From Clostridia bacterium (GTDB taxonomy: Bacteria > Bacillota > Clostridia > Oscillospirales > Acutalibacteraceae): a DNA stretch of 64,000 nt. The notes below the pieces were generated by a model. The model did no database searches. It worked only from the letters and a program-made list of their open reading frames with translations, and had not been told where the DNA came from. Positions within the stretch are counted from its first letter, which is position 1, and each line of letters begins with the position of its first letter. The position numbers and the translations under genes are program-made. The stretch is taken from positions 48,565-112,564 of the forward strand of contig JAGAJB010000008.1 in NCBI GenBank assembly GCA_017626295.1. The letters run 5' to 3'. Below, piece after piece: positions 56,094-64,000 of this stretch.

Positions 56094-57242
56094 TCATATA
56101 AATTCTTTAATTGCAATTTTTCTGATTAAATTTAATAGAATATTTATATCTTTTTTTGTGGTTCGGAAAGACGGCGAAATTCTTACTGTTCCCGTGTCAT
56201 TTGTACCCATTGAAATATGCGCCAGCGGTGAGCAATGGAAACCGCCCCTTACTGCTACGCCGCCCCTGTCAAGCATTGCAGAAACTTGTTCGCTGTGAAG
56301 TCCGTCTATATTGAAACTCAGCACGGGTGCATACAATTCTTCATTGTAAAAATCTCTGTATAATTTTACTTTTTTAATATCTTTAAGCCCCTCAAAAATC
56401 TCTTTACAAATCTCATTTTCTCTTTTTCTGATATTGTCAACACCTATTTTTTCAACCACTTTCAACCCCTCTTTTAAACCGCAAATTCCCGGTACGTTGA
56501 GTGTACCGCTTTCAAGTCTTTCGGGGAAATTTTCGGGTTGATTCAAGTCAAACGACGAGGAACCTGTACCACCTTGAATAAGCGGTTTAAGATCAACATT
56601 ACCGTGCAACAAAGCACCTGTTCCCATAGGACCCAAAAGACCTTTGTGACCGGGTATGCACAGGCAGTCGATACCGTCATTTTTCATACTGATGGGTATT
56701 ACCCCCGCCCCCTGTGCGCCGTCAACAAAAAAGTATGCCCCCATACTGTGAGCAACACGTGAAAGTTCTTTAATGGGTAAAATATTACCGAACACATTTG
56801 ATACGGCAGTAACCACACACAGTTTTGTGTTTCGGGTAAACGCATTTTTAAAGTTTTCCAGAGTTTCCTCTTTATCTTCACACACAGAAAAAACAGAGTA
56901 AGTAATAAACCCCTTTTCTTTTAATGCGTGAATGGGTCTTGTGACCGAATTATGCTCAAGGGATGAAATAATTACGTGGTCGCCTTTATTTAAAATTCCT
57001 TTTATGGCGGTGTTAAGTGCGTGGGTGCAATTCACCGTAAAGCATATAAATTCACTGCCGTATCCGTCAAAAAAGCCGTCAAGCAATTCCCTTGTTTCAT
57101 ATACGGTTTCAGCAGTTTTTACGGAAAAAGCGTGACCGCTTCTTCCGGGATTTGCTCCGTATAAAAACATTGAATTTCTGACGGCGTTTATAACGGATTG
57201 CGGTTTCGGATAACTTGTTGCAGCATTATCGAAATAAATCAT
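56094..57242 (-). CDS. aminotransferase class V / cysteine desulfurase family protein
   Basis: PLP-lysine context IPGHKGLLGPMGTG. 382 aa. It overlaps the upstream DUF3343 gene by 4 nt. Confidence 0.75.
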   Translation of the reverse strand: MIYFDNAATSYPKPQSVINAVRNSMFLYGANPGRSGHAFSVKTAETVYETRELLDGFFDGYGSEFICFTVNCTHALNTAIKGILNKGDHVIISSLEHNSVTRPIHALKEKGFITYSVFSVCEDKEETLENFKNAFTRNTKLCVVTAVSNVFGNILPIKELSRVAHSMGAYFFVDGAQGAGVIPISMKNDGIDCLCIPGHKGLLGPMGTGALLHGNVDLKPLIQGGTGSSSFDLNQPENFPERLESGTLNVPGICGLKEGLKVVEKIGVDNIRKRENEICKEIFEGLKDIKKVKLYRDFYNEELYAPVLSFNIDGLHSEQVSAMLDRGGVAVRGGFHCSPLAHISMGTNDTGTVRISPSFRTTKKDINILLNLIRKIAIKEFI

Positions 57243-57469
57243 AAAAAATCCCCCAGATTCACAGTACCCGTAACCTTGATACCGTTTCTTTTTAAAATAT
57301 CAAAACACCGTTTATCAATATTATTCACATAAATAACATACCCGCACCCCTCGTCTTCTTGTGGATGGGGATTGCGGGTCAAATAAGCCTTATAGCCGTT
57401 TCTTTGCAGAAGGTCGCGCCCTTTCATTGCATACGTCACAGAGCCGACCTTAATACCTTTTTTGCTCAT
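57239..57469 (-). CDS. DUF3343 family protein (putative S/Se carrier-like)
   Basis: 76 aa with YAMKGRDLLQRNGYKAY...GCGYVIYV. This size and pattern are typical of DUF3343, which is usually paired with desulfurase or selenium genes. Confidence 0.55.
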   Translation of the reverse strand: MSKKGIKVGSVTYAMKGRDLLQRNGYKAYLTRNPHPQEDEGCGYVIYVNNIDKRCFDILKRNGIKVTGTVNLGDFL

Positions 57470-57572
57470 AAAAAAAGACCCTCCGTATTATGCGGTACTC
57501 AAAAAGATGACAAACGCATCACCTTAAAGAGTCCTTGTACATAATATGCGAGGGACTTTTTAATGTTAAATT

Positions 57573-58049
57573 TTATATTTTCTCAATAAGACATACGCAA
57601 TGGGCTGAAATACCCTCTTTGCGACCTGTAAAGCCGAGTTTTTCCTCGGTGGTGGCTTTGACGCTGACAAAATCAACATCAACGCCCAAAGCACCTGCAA
57701 TATTACAGCGCATTTGGTCTATAAAAGGTGCAAGTTTCGGCATCTGAGCAATAACCGTAGCATCAATATTTACGACTTCATAACCTTTGGAGTTAATAAG
57801 TTCGCAAACATCTTTCAAAAGTACAAGGCTGTCTGCACCTTTGTAACGTTCATCAGTATCGGGAAAGTGTTTTCCGATATCGCCTAAAGCGGCAGCACCT
57901 AAAAGACTGTCGGAAACGGCGTGCAAAAGAACATCTGCATCAGAGTGACCCAAAAGACCTTTTTCACAAGGTACGTCAACACCGCCCAATATACATTTGC
58001 GATTATCAGCAAACGCGTGAACATCATAACCGTGACCTATTCTAATCAT
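57573..58049 (-). CDS. ispF: 2-C-methyl-D-erythritol 2,4-cyclodiphosphate synthase
   Basis: [24 protein letters not shown]. Confidence 0.95.
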   Translation of the reverse strand: MIRIGHGYDVHAFADNRKCILGGVDVPCEKGLLGHSDADVLLHAVSDSLLGAAALGDIGKHFPDTDERYKGADSLVLLKDVCELINSKGYEVVNIDATVIAQMPKLAPFIDQMRCNIAGALGVDVDFVSVKATTEEKLGFTGRKEGISAHCVCLIEKI

Positions 58050-58058
58050 AAAATCACC

Positions 58059-59327
58059 TTATCGAGTAAGATTTTCAAGACAAGCGAGTTTAACTGAAAC
58101 GGTAAGCACCTTAACTGCCTTAGAAAGAACTTCGGGTGTGGGGAAAGTAGGGGCAATACGGATATTGCTGTCTGTGGGGTCTTTGCCGTAAGGGAACGTA
58201 GCACCTACGTTTGTAAGTGTAACACCTGCTTCCTTACAAAGAACACCAACTCTAGAAGCACTGCCACCCGTTACGTCAAGGCTTATGAAATAACCGCCGT
58301 TGGGCTCGTTCCACTCTGCAATGCCGAGGCCTGCAAGGTCAGAATTGAGTGTATCTATAACCGCATCAAACTTGGGTTTAAGTATCTTTGCGTGAAGTTG
58401 CATATGCTCTTTTATGCCCTGTACATCCTTGAAGAATTTAACGTGACGAAGCATATTTACTTTATCGTAACTGATAGCCTGAACGGTAAGTCTTTTAAGG
58501 ATAGCCTTAATATTATCAACGGATGAAACGAGGCAGGAAACACCTGCACCGGGATAAGAGATTTTGGAAGTTGATGCAACTTCAATAACCATATCCTTAT
58601 TCTTTTCGGGAAGAACGTCAAAAATATTAACAAGTTCATCGGTTGTTTCAGTAAGGTCGTGAACACAGTATGCGTTATCCCAGATAATTCTGAAATCGTC
58701 CGCTGCAGTATCAAGATTAGCAATTCTCTTAACAGTTTCTGCAGAGAATGTGATACCCTGGGGATTTGAATATTTGGGAACACAGAACATACCTTTAACG
58801 GAACTGTCCTTAACCGCTTCCTCAATAGCGTCCATATCGGGACCTTCGGCAGTCATGGGAATATTTATCATTTCGATACCGAAATATTCGCATATTGCAA
58901 AGTGTCTGTCATAACCGGGACAAGGGCAAAGGAATTTAACCTTACCCTGTTGTGACCAAGGTGTAAACCCTGCACCCTGATACATACACTGCGACACATA
59001 ATCAAACATTAAAGAAAGGCTTGAATTACCGCCCACTATAACATTTTCGGGTTTAACTTCAAGAAGGTCTGCAAAAAGTTTTTTGCATTCGGGAATACCG
59101 TCAAGAAGCCCGTAGTTACGAACGTCAAGACCTGCTTCGCACTTGAAATTGCCGTCATCAAAAACTTTAAGCATACCGTCGGAAATATCAAGTTGGTCAG
59201 AACCGGGTTTTCCGCGTGACATATCAATAGAAAGACCCTGTGCCTTTATATCTTCGTATTCTTTTTTTACTGACTCAAGTTCAGCCTGTAACTCTGCGGC
59301 TGACATTGAAAGATAAGATTTAGCCAT
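58059..59327 (-). CDS. PLP-dependent aminotransferase (Asp_aminotransf PF12897-like)
   Basis: 422 aa with N-terminal LS..EL...Y......L.IDMSRGKPGSDQLDIS, a pattern typical of that family. This is recognition only. Confidence 0.6.
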   Translation of the reverse strand: MAKSYLSMSAAELQAELESVKKEYEDIKAQGLSIDMSRGKPGSDQLDISDGMLKVFDDGNFKCEAGLDVRNYGLLDGIPECKKLFADLLEVKPENVIVGGNSSLSLMFDYVSQCMYQGAGFTPWSQQGKVKFLCPCPGYDRHFAICEYFGIEMINIPMTAEGPDMDAIEEAVKDSSVKGMFCVPKYSNPQGITFSAETVKRIANLDTAADDFRIIWDNAYCVHDLTETTDELVNIFDVLPEKNKDMVIEVASTSKISYPGAGVSCLVSSVDNIKAILKRLTVQAISYDKVNMLRHVKFFKDVQGIKEHMQLHAKILKPKFDAVIDTLNSDLAGLGIAEWNEPNGGYFISLDVTGGSASRVGVLCKEAGVTLTNVGATFPYGKDPTDSNIRIAPTFPTPEVLSKAVKVLTVSVKLACLENLTR

Positions 59328-59359
59328 AAATTAACTCCTGTTTGAAAAATAACCTAAGA

Positions 59360-60754
59360 TTAAAAATCCGCAGTACCTGTTGTTCTGGGGAAAGGAAGAA
59401 CGTCGCGGATATTTGAGATACCTGTCATATACATAATAAGTCTTTCAAAACCGAGACCGAAACCTGCGTGGTGTGTGCCACCGTAACGGCGAAGGTCAAG
59501 ATACCACCAATAATCTTCCTCGTTAAGACCGAGTTCTTTGATTCTGTCAAGAAGAACATCAAGACGCTCTTCACGCTGACTACCGCCGATGATTTCGCCG
59601 ATACCCATAACAAGAAGGTCTGCTGCGGCAACGGTCTTGCCGTCATCGTTAAGGCGCATATAGAATGCTTTGATTTCCTTGGGATAATCTGTAACGAAAA
59701 CAGGTTTTTTGAATACTTCTTCTGTAAGGTATCTTTCGTGCTCTGTCTGAAGGTCACAACCCCAATGTGCTTTGAACTGGAAGTTGTCGTTATTCTTTTC
59801 AAGTTCTTTAATTGCATCTGTGTACGTTACACGCGCAAAGTCGGAATTTGCAACGGTTGTAAGACGCTCAATAAGACCTTTATCAATAAACTTGTTGCAG
59901 AATTCAAGTTCCTGTGAACAATGCTCAAGAACGTATTTGATTACGAATTTAATCATATCTTCTGCAAGGTCCATATCATCATTAAGGTCTGCAAAAGCAA
60001 TTTCGGGTTCAATCATCCAGAACTCAGCAGCGTGACGCTGTGTGTACGAACGCTCTGCTCTGAACGTAGGACCGAAAGTATAAATTTTACCGAAAGACTG
60101 CGCCATAATTTCGCCTTCAAGTTGACCGGAAACAGTAAGGAACGCAGGTTTTCCGAAGAAATCCTGTGAATAATCAACGCTACCGTCCTCTTTTGTGGGA
60201 ACGTTGTCAAGGTCAAATGAAGTTACGCGGAACATTTCGCCTGCGCCTTCGCAGTCGCTACAGGAAATAAGAGGTGTATGAGCGTACATAAATCCTCTTT
60301 CCTGGAAGAATTTATGGATAGCATAAGCCGCAACAGAGCGCACTCTGAACGCTGCAGAATATGTGTTTGCACGGGGACGAAGATGACCTACTGTACGAAG
60401 ATACTCGAGAGTATGGCGTTTCTTCTGAAGGGGATAATCGGGAGTTGACTCGCCTTCTATCTCAATTTCTGTTGCGTTGATTTCAAAAGGCTGAGCAGCA
60501 TCGGGGGTAAGAATAAGGTTACCCTTAACAATAACCGCAGCACCTACGTTGATTTTACAAATCTCTTTGAAATTAGAAATCTTTGCATCTTCAAAAACAA
60601 CCTGTAAACCTTTGAAACAACCGCCGTCGTTTATTTCAAGGAAACCGATAGCCTTTGATGCACGCTGAGTTTTAACCCAACCGCAAACTGTGATTTCGCC
60701 ATTTGTGAATTGCTCTGCATTTTTATAAAGTTCAGCAATTTCAACACGTTTCAT
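59360..60754 (-). CDS. asnS: asparagine--tRNA ligase
   Basis: The start is set at the internal ATG ([10 protein letters not shown]) preceded by GGAGGAAATAAAG. Class II motifs FRAE, GGSQRE and GFGLGFERL are present. Confidence 0.95.
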   Translation of the reverse strand: MKRVEIAELYKNAEQFTNGEITVCGWVKTQRASKAIGFLEINDGGCFKGLQVVFEDAKISNFKEICKINVGAAVIVKGNLILTPDAAQPFEINATEIEIEGESTPDYPLQKKRHTLEYLRTVGHLRPRANTYSAAFRVRSVAAYAIHKFFQERGFMYAHTPLISCSDCEGAGEMFRVTSFDLDNVPTKEDGSVDYSQDFFGKPAFLTVSGQLEGEIMAQSFGKIYTFGPTFRAERSYTQRHAAEFWMIEPEIAFADLNDDMDLAEDMIKFVIKYVLEHCSQELEFCNKFIDKGLIERLTTVANSDFARVTYTDAIKELEKNNDNFQFKAHWGCDLQTEHERYLTEEVFKKPVFVTDYPKEIKAFYMRLNDDGKTVAAADLLVMGIGEIIGGSQREERLDVLLDRIKELGLNEEDYWWYLDLRRYGGTHHAGFGLGFERLIMYMTGISNIRDVLPFPRTTGTADF

Positions 60755-60843
60755 CTTTATTTCCTCCAAAATTCCGTACTTAAGTACGGCTAGATTATTT
60801 AAAAAATTATATTTTGTCATCTTAAAATGCACATATAGACTGA

Positions 60844-60872
60844 ATTATAACAAAATTTAACAACTTTGTAAA
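60844..60872 (-). promoter_or_regulatory. sigma-A promoter of asnS
   Basis: On the minus strand, TTTACA, 17-nt spacer and TGTTATAAT (extended -10). Confidence 0.55.
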
Positions 60873-60937
60873 CTCCTTTTACATTATATTGTAAAAAAAT
60901 TTTTCATTTTATTTAAAATCATTACTTTTCCAAAGTA

Positions 60938-60966
60938 TTGTATATTCCGAAAAAATGCTGTATAAT
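60938..60966 (+). promoter_or_regulatory. sigma-A promoter of the flavoprotein gene pair
   Basis: TTGTAT, 17-nt spacer and TG-extended TATAAT, about 38 nt upstream of the TTG start at 61004. Confidence 0.55.
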
Positions 60967-61003
60967 GATATGTTGAACGCTGAGTGAAAGGACGGTTGAT
61001 TAT

Positions 61004-62215
61004 TTGAAAGGTAAAAGTATTGCCGTAATCGGCGGCGGTGCTTCGGGTATATGCGCCGCTTTAGAAGCAAAATACAATGACAGTTCAATAAATGTAACAG
61101 TTTTTGAACGTTTACCTAAAACCGCTAAAAAGATACTTGCCACAGGTAACGGCAGATGTAATTTTACTAACGAAAATCTCTCCCCCAAACACTTTCACGG
61201 CGACCCGCTTTTTTTAAGGAAGATTTTAACATCATCATATGCGGATACCGAAAATTATTTCCGTTCATTAGGTGTTCTTTCTTACCACGAGGACGGCAGA
61301 ATTTACCCCCGTTCACAGCAAGCCGCGTCAATACGCGAAGCACTTACCGATAAATTGAACAAATACGGTATAACAATAAAAACCGACACCCCTGTAAACA
61401 GTATAGACAAATTTAAAAACGGCTTTACGGTAAACGGTGAATATTTTGATGTTGTCATAGTTGCAGGCGGCGGCAAAGCCTCATCTGTTCAAGGGTCAGA
61501 CGGTTCTTGTTACAAATTGCTTGAACACTTAGGTCACACCAAAACGCCCTTATACCCTGCCCTTTGCGGACTTTCTACAAACGAAAAAGGGCTTAATATG
61601 TTAAAGGGTGTCCGCGCTGAATGTAAAGCGAGTTTATTTTCCGAATCACATCTTTTAGGTGAAGAATCCGGCGAAGTTCAGTTTACCGATAAAGCAGTTT
61701 CGGGTATACCTGTTATGAATTTATCCCACCTTTGCAAAGATAAAAAAGACCTTTGTTTGAATCTTGACCTTTGCGAAGATATTTCTGAAGCCGAACTTTC
61801 GGAACACATAAACAATATAAAAAGAAACTCGCCCGACAAAGAACTTGAAACAGTTTTAAGCGGAATTGTTAATTCTAAACTCGGTTTCGCAGTTATGAAT
61901 AAAGAGAACATTAAACCGAGAACAAAAATCGGTCAGGTAACACAAAGGGAACTTTCCGCCATATGTGATATACTGAAATCTTTCCATATAAGTATATCCG
62001 GAACAAAAGGTTTTGACAGTGCGCAAATCACTTGCGGAGGAATCAAAACCCACGAAGTAAATCCCGAAACAATGATGTCAGAAATCGTAAACGGACTTTT
62101 CATTTGCGGTGAAATACTTGACATTCACGGCGACTGCGGTGGCTACAACCTGCACCTTGCCTGGACAACAGGCAGAATTGCAGGCAATGGCGCTTACGAA
62201 TATTTAAACAAATAA
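61004..62215 (+). CDS. HI0933/BaiN-family NAD(P)/FAD-dependent oxidoreductase
   Basis: Dinucleotide-binding VIGGGASGICAA, GNGRCNFTN, and C-terminal GEILDIHGDCGGYNL typical of the HI0933-like family. Confidence 0.75.
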   Translation: MKGKSIAVIGGGASGICAALEAKYNDSSINVTVFERLPKTAKKILATGNGRCNFTNENLSPKHFHGDPLFLRKILTSSYADTENYFRSLGVLSYHEDGRIYPRSQQAASIREALTDKLNKYGITIKTDTPVNSIDKFKNGFTVNGEYFDVVIVAGGGKASSVQGSDGSCYKLLEHLGHTKTPLYPALCGLSTNEKGLNMLKGVRAECKASLFSESHLLGEESGEVQFTDKAVSGIPVMNLSHLCKDKKDLCLNLDLCEDISEAELSEHINNIKRNSPDKELETVLSGIVNSKLGFAVMNKENIKPRTKIGQVTQRELSAICDILKSFHISISGTKGFDSAQITCGGIKTHEVNPETMMSEIVNGLFICGEILDIHGDCGGYNLHLAWTTGRIAGNGAYEYLNK

Positions 62216-62224
62216 GGAATAAAT

Positions 62225-63823
62225 ATGATACGACTTAACGAACTGAAAATGCCTTTAGGTGCAACGGAACAAGAAGTAAAAATCGCTGCTGCCAAGGCGC
62301 TGAAAATAAAAGAACAGGATATTAAGGAATTCACCCTTGCAAGACGATCTATCGATTCACGAAAAAAGGATAATATTATCCTGGTTTATTCGGTCGAAAT
62401 AGAAACCGACCTTAATGAAGAAAAGGTAATTGCAGGTTTTGCTCCGAACAAGGCTTTAATAACCGAAAAATACAATTACGAAGTGCCTCAGGCGAAGAGG
62501 AATTTCCCCTTACGCCCTGTTATAGCAGGTTTTGGCCCTGCAGGTATGTTTGCCGCTTTGACTTTGGCAAAAGCGGGACTCAACCCTATTGTTCTTGAGC
62601 GTGGCTCTGCAGTTGACGAAAGAACAAGAGATGTTGATGTTTTCTGGGCAAGCCGAAAACTCAATACCGAATCCAACGTTCAGTTCGGTGAGGGCGGTGC
62701 AGGAACATTTTCTGACGGTAAACTTACAACAGGTATAAAAGACCCACGTTGCAGAGAAGTTTTTCTTCGTTTTGCCGAGTTTGGCGCACCTGCGGAAATT
62801 CTTTATTCCGCGACTCCGCATATCGGTACAGATAAACTGAAAACCGTGGTTAAAAATCTTCGTGAAGAAGTAATAAAACTGGGCGGTGAAGTTAAATTCA
62901 ACACAAAACTTGTTGATATTATTACCGCTAACGGCTACGTTCAAGGAGTAAGTTACCAAAACCCCGACGGTACGGTAAGCGACATTGAAACGGATGCTCT
63001 TATCCTTGCTGTAGGTCACTCTGCAAGAGATACTTTTGAACTCATACACAAAAAAGGTCTTGAAATTACGCAGAAGCCTTTTTCTGTGGGTACAAGAATC
63101 GAACACCCCCAAGAGCATATCAACAAGGCTCAATACGGAAATTTGTGGAATTCTCCCCTGCTTCCTGCGGCTGACTATAAACTCGCTTGTCATCCGCCCC
63201 ACGGCAGAGGACTTTACACTTTCTGTATGTGCCCCGGCGGTACTGTTGTAGCCGCATCTTCTGAGGATGGCGGAATGGTAGTAAACGGAATGAGCGAATA
63301 CGCCCGTGACAAAGAGAACGCAAACTGCGCTCTGCTTGTGGGAATCGAACCGCCATTCGACACAGACCACCCGCTTGCAGGTATGTATTTACAAAGAGAA
63401 ATCGAACAGAAAGCCTTTAAACTCGGTGGCGGTGATTACACTGCCCCTGCGCAACTTTTGGGCGATTTCTTAAAAGGTGTAGAATCAAAAAAATTAGGTG
63501 CGGTTAACCCTTCCTGTCCCACAGGGGTTACAATGACCGATATACGCAAGGTTTTACCCAAGAAAGTTACCGACACCATTGCAGGTGCTATCCACGATTT
63601 TGACAGAAAGTTAAACGGTTTTAACCTTTACGATGCAGTATTAACTGCCCCCGAATCAAGAAGTTCATCACCCATAAGAATCTGCCGTGATGAGTTCTTC
63701 CAGGCAACAAGACTCCGCGGACTTTACCCTTCCGGTGAAGGCGCAGGATATGCCGGCGGTATAGTTTCCGCAGCAGTTGACGGCATACGCTGTGCAGAAG
63801 CCGTCCTCAGCGGAGAATATTAA
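62225..63823 (+). CDS. FAD-dependent protein (COG2509-type dehydrogenase)
   Basis: VIAGFGPAGMFAAL Rossmann motif, GEGGAGTFSDGKL, and C-terminal GEGAGYAGGI. Confidence 0.7.
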   Translation: MIRLNELKMPLGATEQEVKIAAAKALKIKEQDIKEFTLARRSIDSRKKDNIILVYSVEIETDLNEEKVIAGFAPNKALITEKYNYEVPQAKRNFPLRPVIAGFGPAGMFAALTLAKAGLNPIVLERGSAVDERTRDVDVFWASRKLNTESNVQFGEGGAGTFSDGKLTTGIKDPRCREVFLRFAEFGAPAEILYSATPHIGTDKLKTVVKNLREEVIKLGGEVKFNTKLVDIITANGYVQGVSYQNPDGTVSDIETDALILAVGHSARDTFELIHKKGLEITQKPFSVGTRIEHPQEHINKAQYGNLWNSPLLPAADYKLACHPPHGRGLYTFCMCPGGTVVAASSEDGGMVVNGMSEYARDKENANCALLVGIEPPFDTDHPLAGMYLQREIEQKAFKLGGGDYTAPAQLLGDFLKGVESKKLGAVNPSCPTGVTMTDIRKVLPKKVTDTIAGAIHDFDRKLNGFNLYDAVLTAPESRSSSPIRICRDEFFQATRLRGLYPSGEGAGYAGGIVSAAVDGIRCAEAVLSGEY

Positions 63824-63834
63824 GAATACAGTTT

Positions 63835-63871
63835 CACCCCAAGGAATATATATCCTTGGGGTGATTTTTTT
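63835..63871 (+). terminator. rho-independent terminator
   Basis: CACCCCAAGGA-loop-TCCTTGGGGTG followed by ATTTTTTT. Confidence 0.75.
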
Positions 63872-64000
63872 GAAATTCAAAGTTATTTCACTTAACGCAA
63901 CCGCACTTTTTATGGCGATTATGCTATCACTGAGTTTTATAGGCGCACTCACATTAACACAAACAAGCGTTACCGCTAACACCGCAGGAAGAAAACTTCC
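63870..64000 (+). CDS. possible start of a secreted/membrane protein (partial, runs off right edge)
   Basis: The open frame from TTG 63870 (or the in-frame ATG at 63912) gives a signal-peptide-like sequence, KFKVISLNATALFMAIMLSLSFIGALTLTQTSVTA. It is too short to classify. Confidence 0.25.
   Translation, partial: MKFKVISLNATALFMAIMLSLSFIGALTLTQTSVTANTAGRKL

Noticed and set aside
60755-60843. Possible T-box or attenuator in the asnS leader (palindrome CCGTACTTAAGTACGG at 60773-60788)
   Set aside because: The leader from the predicted promoter is only about 80 nt, with no T-box consensus and no T run after the hairpin. It is probably just a small stabilising or RBS-proximal hairpin.
62510-63370. 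286-aa ORF on the minus strand
   Set aside because: It lies entirely antisense to the well-supported FAD-dependent protein gene (62225-63823). Its composition is Cys/Arg/Phe-rich and shadow-frame-like, and it has no RBS context. It is treated as a spurious antisense ORF.

Overview
This window is a mostly housekeeping chromosomal segment of a low-GC, spore-forming Firmicute (Clostridia-like). All calls rest on motif and synteny recognition plus manual repeat inspection, because no database search was possible. The gene order matches classic Firmicute clusters. These are glmM-MTase-ecfA1-ecfA2-ecfT-truA, ruvCAB, folC-valS, and yicC-remA-gmk-rpoZ-priA-def-fmt-rsmB-rlmN-stp-prkC-rsgA. They continue with dac-ytfJ-ytfI-scpBA, prmC/DUF1385, a two-component system, cdaA-cdaR, ispF, asnS and rplM-rpsI. 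No rRNA, tRNA or CRISPR array was seen. The one clearly accessory region is a 7.3-kb integrated element at 19217-26521, bounded by a perfect 16-bp direct repeat that includes the last codons of rpsI. It encodes a tyrosine integrase, an XRE/cI-type repressor facing a cro-like gene and an excisionase-like gene, and a fused AEP primase-polymerase/VirE-type ATPase. An iteron/AT-rich origin-like region follows the primase gene, then a tightly coupled operon of eight small unknown genes. It has no capsid, tail, lysis, large terminase, relaxase or transposase genes. This is the architecture of a phage satellite (PICI/SaPI-like, but small) and is the main candidate for new biology. Secondary items are a roughly 10 percent cysteine, 280-aa cytoplasmic protein (possible spore coat or exosporium component), an FG-GAP-like lipoprotein fused into the cdaA-cdaR operon context, and an unusual PrkC ectodomain.
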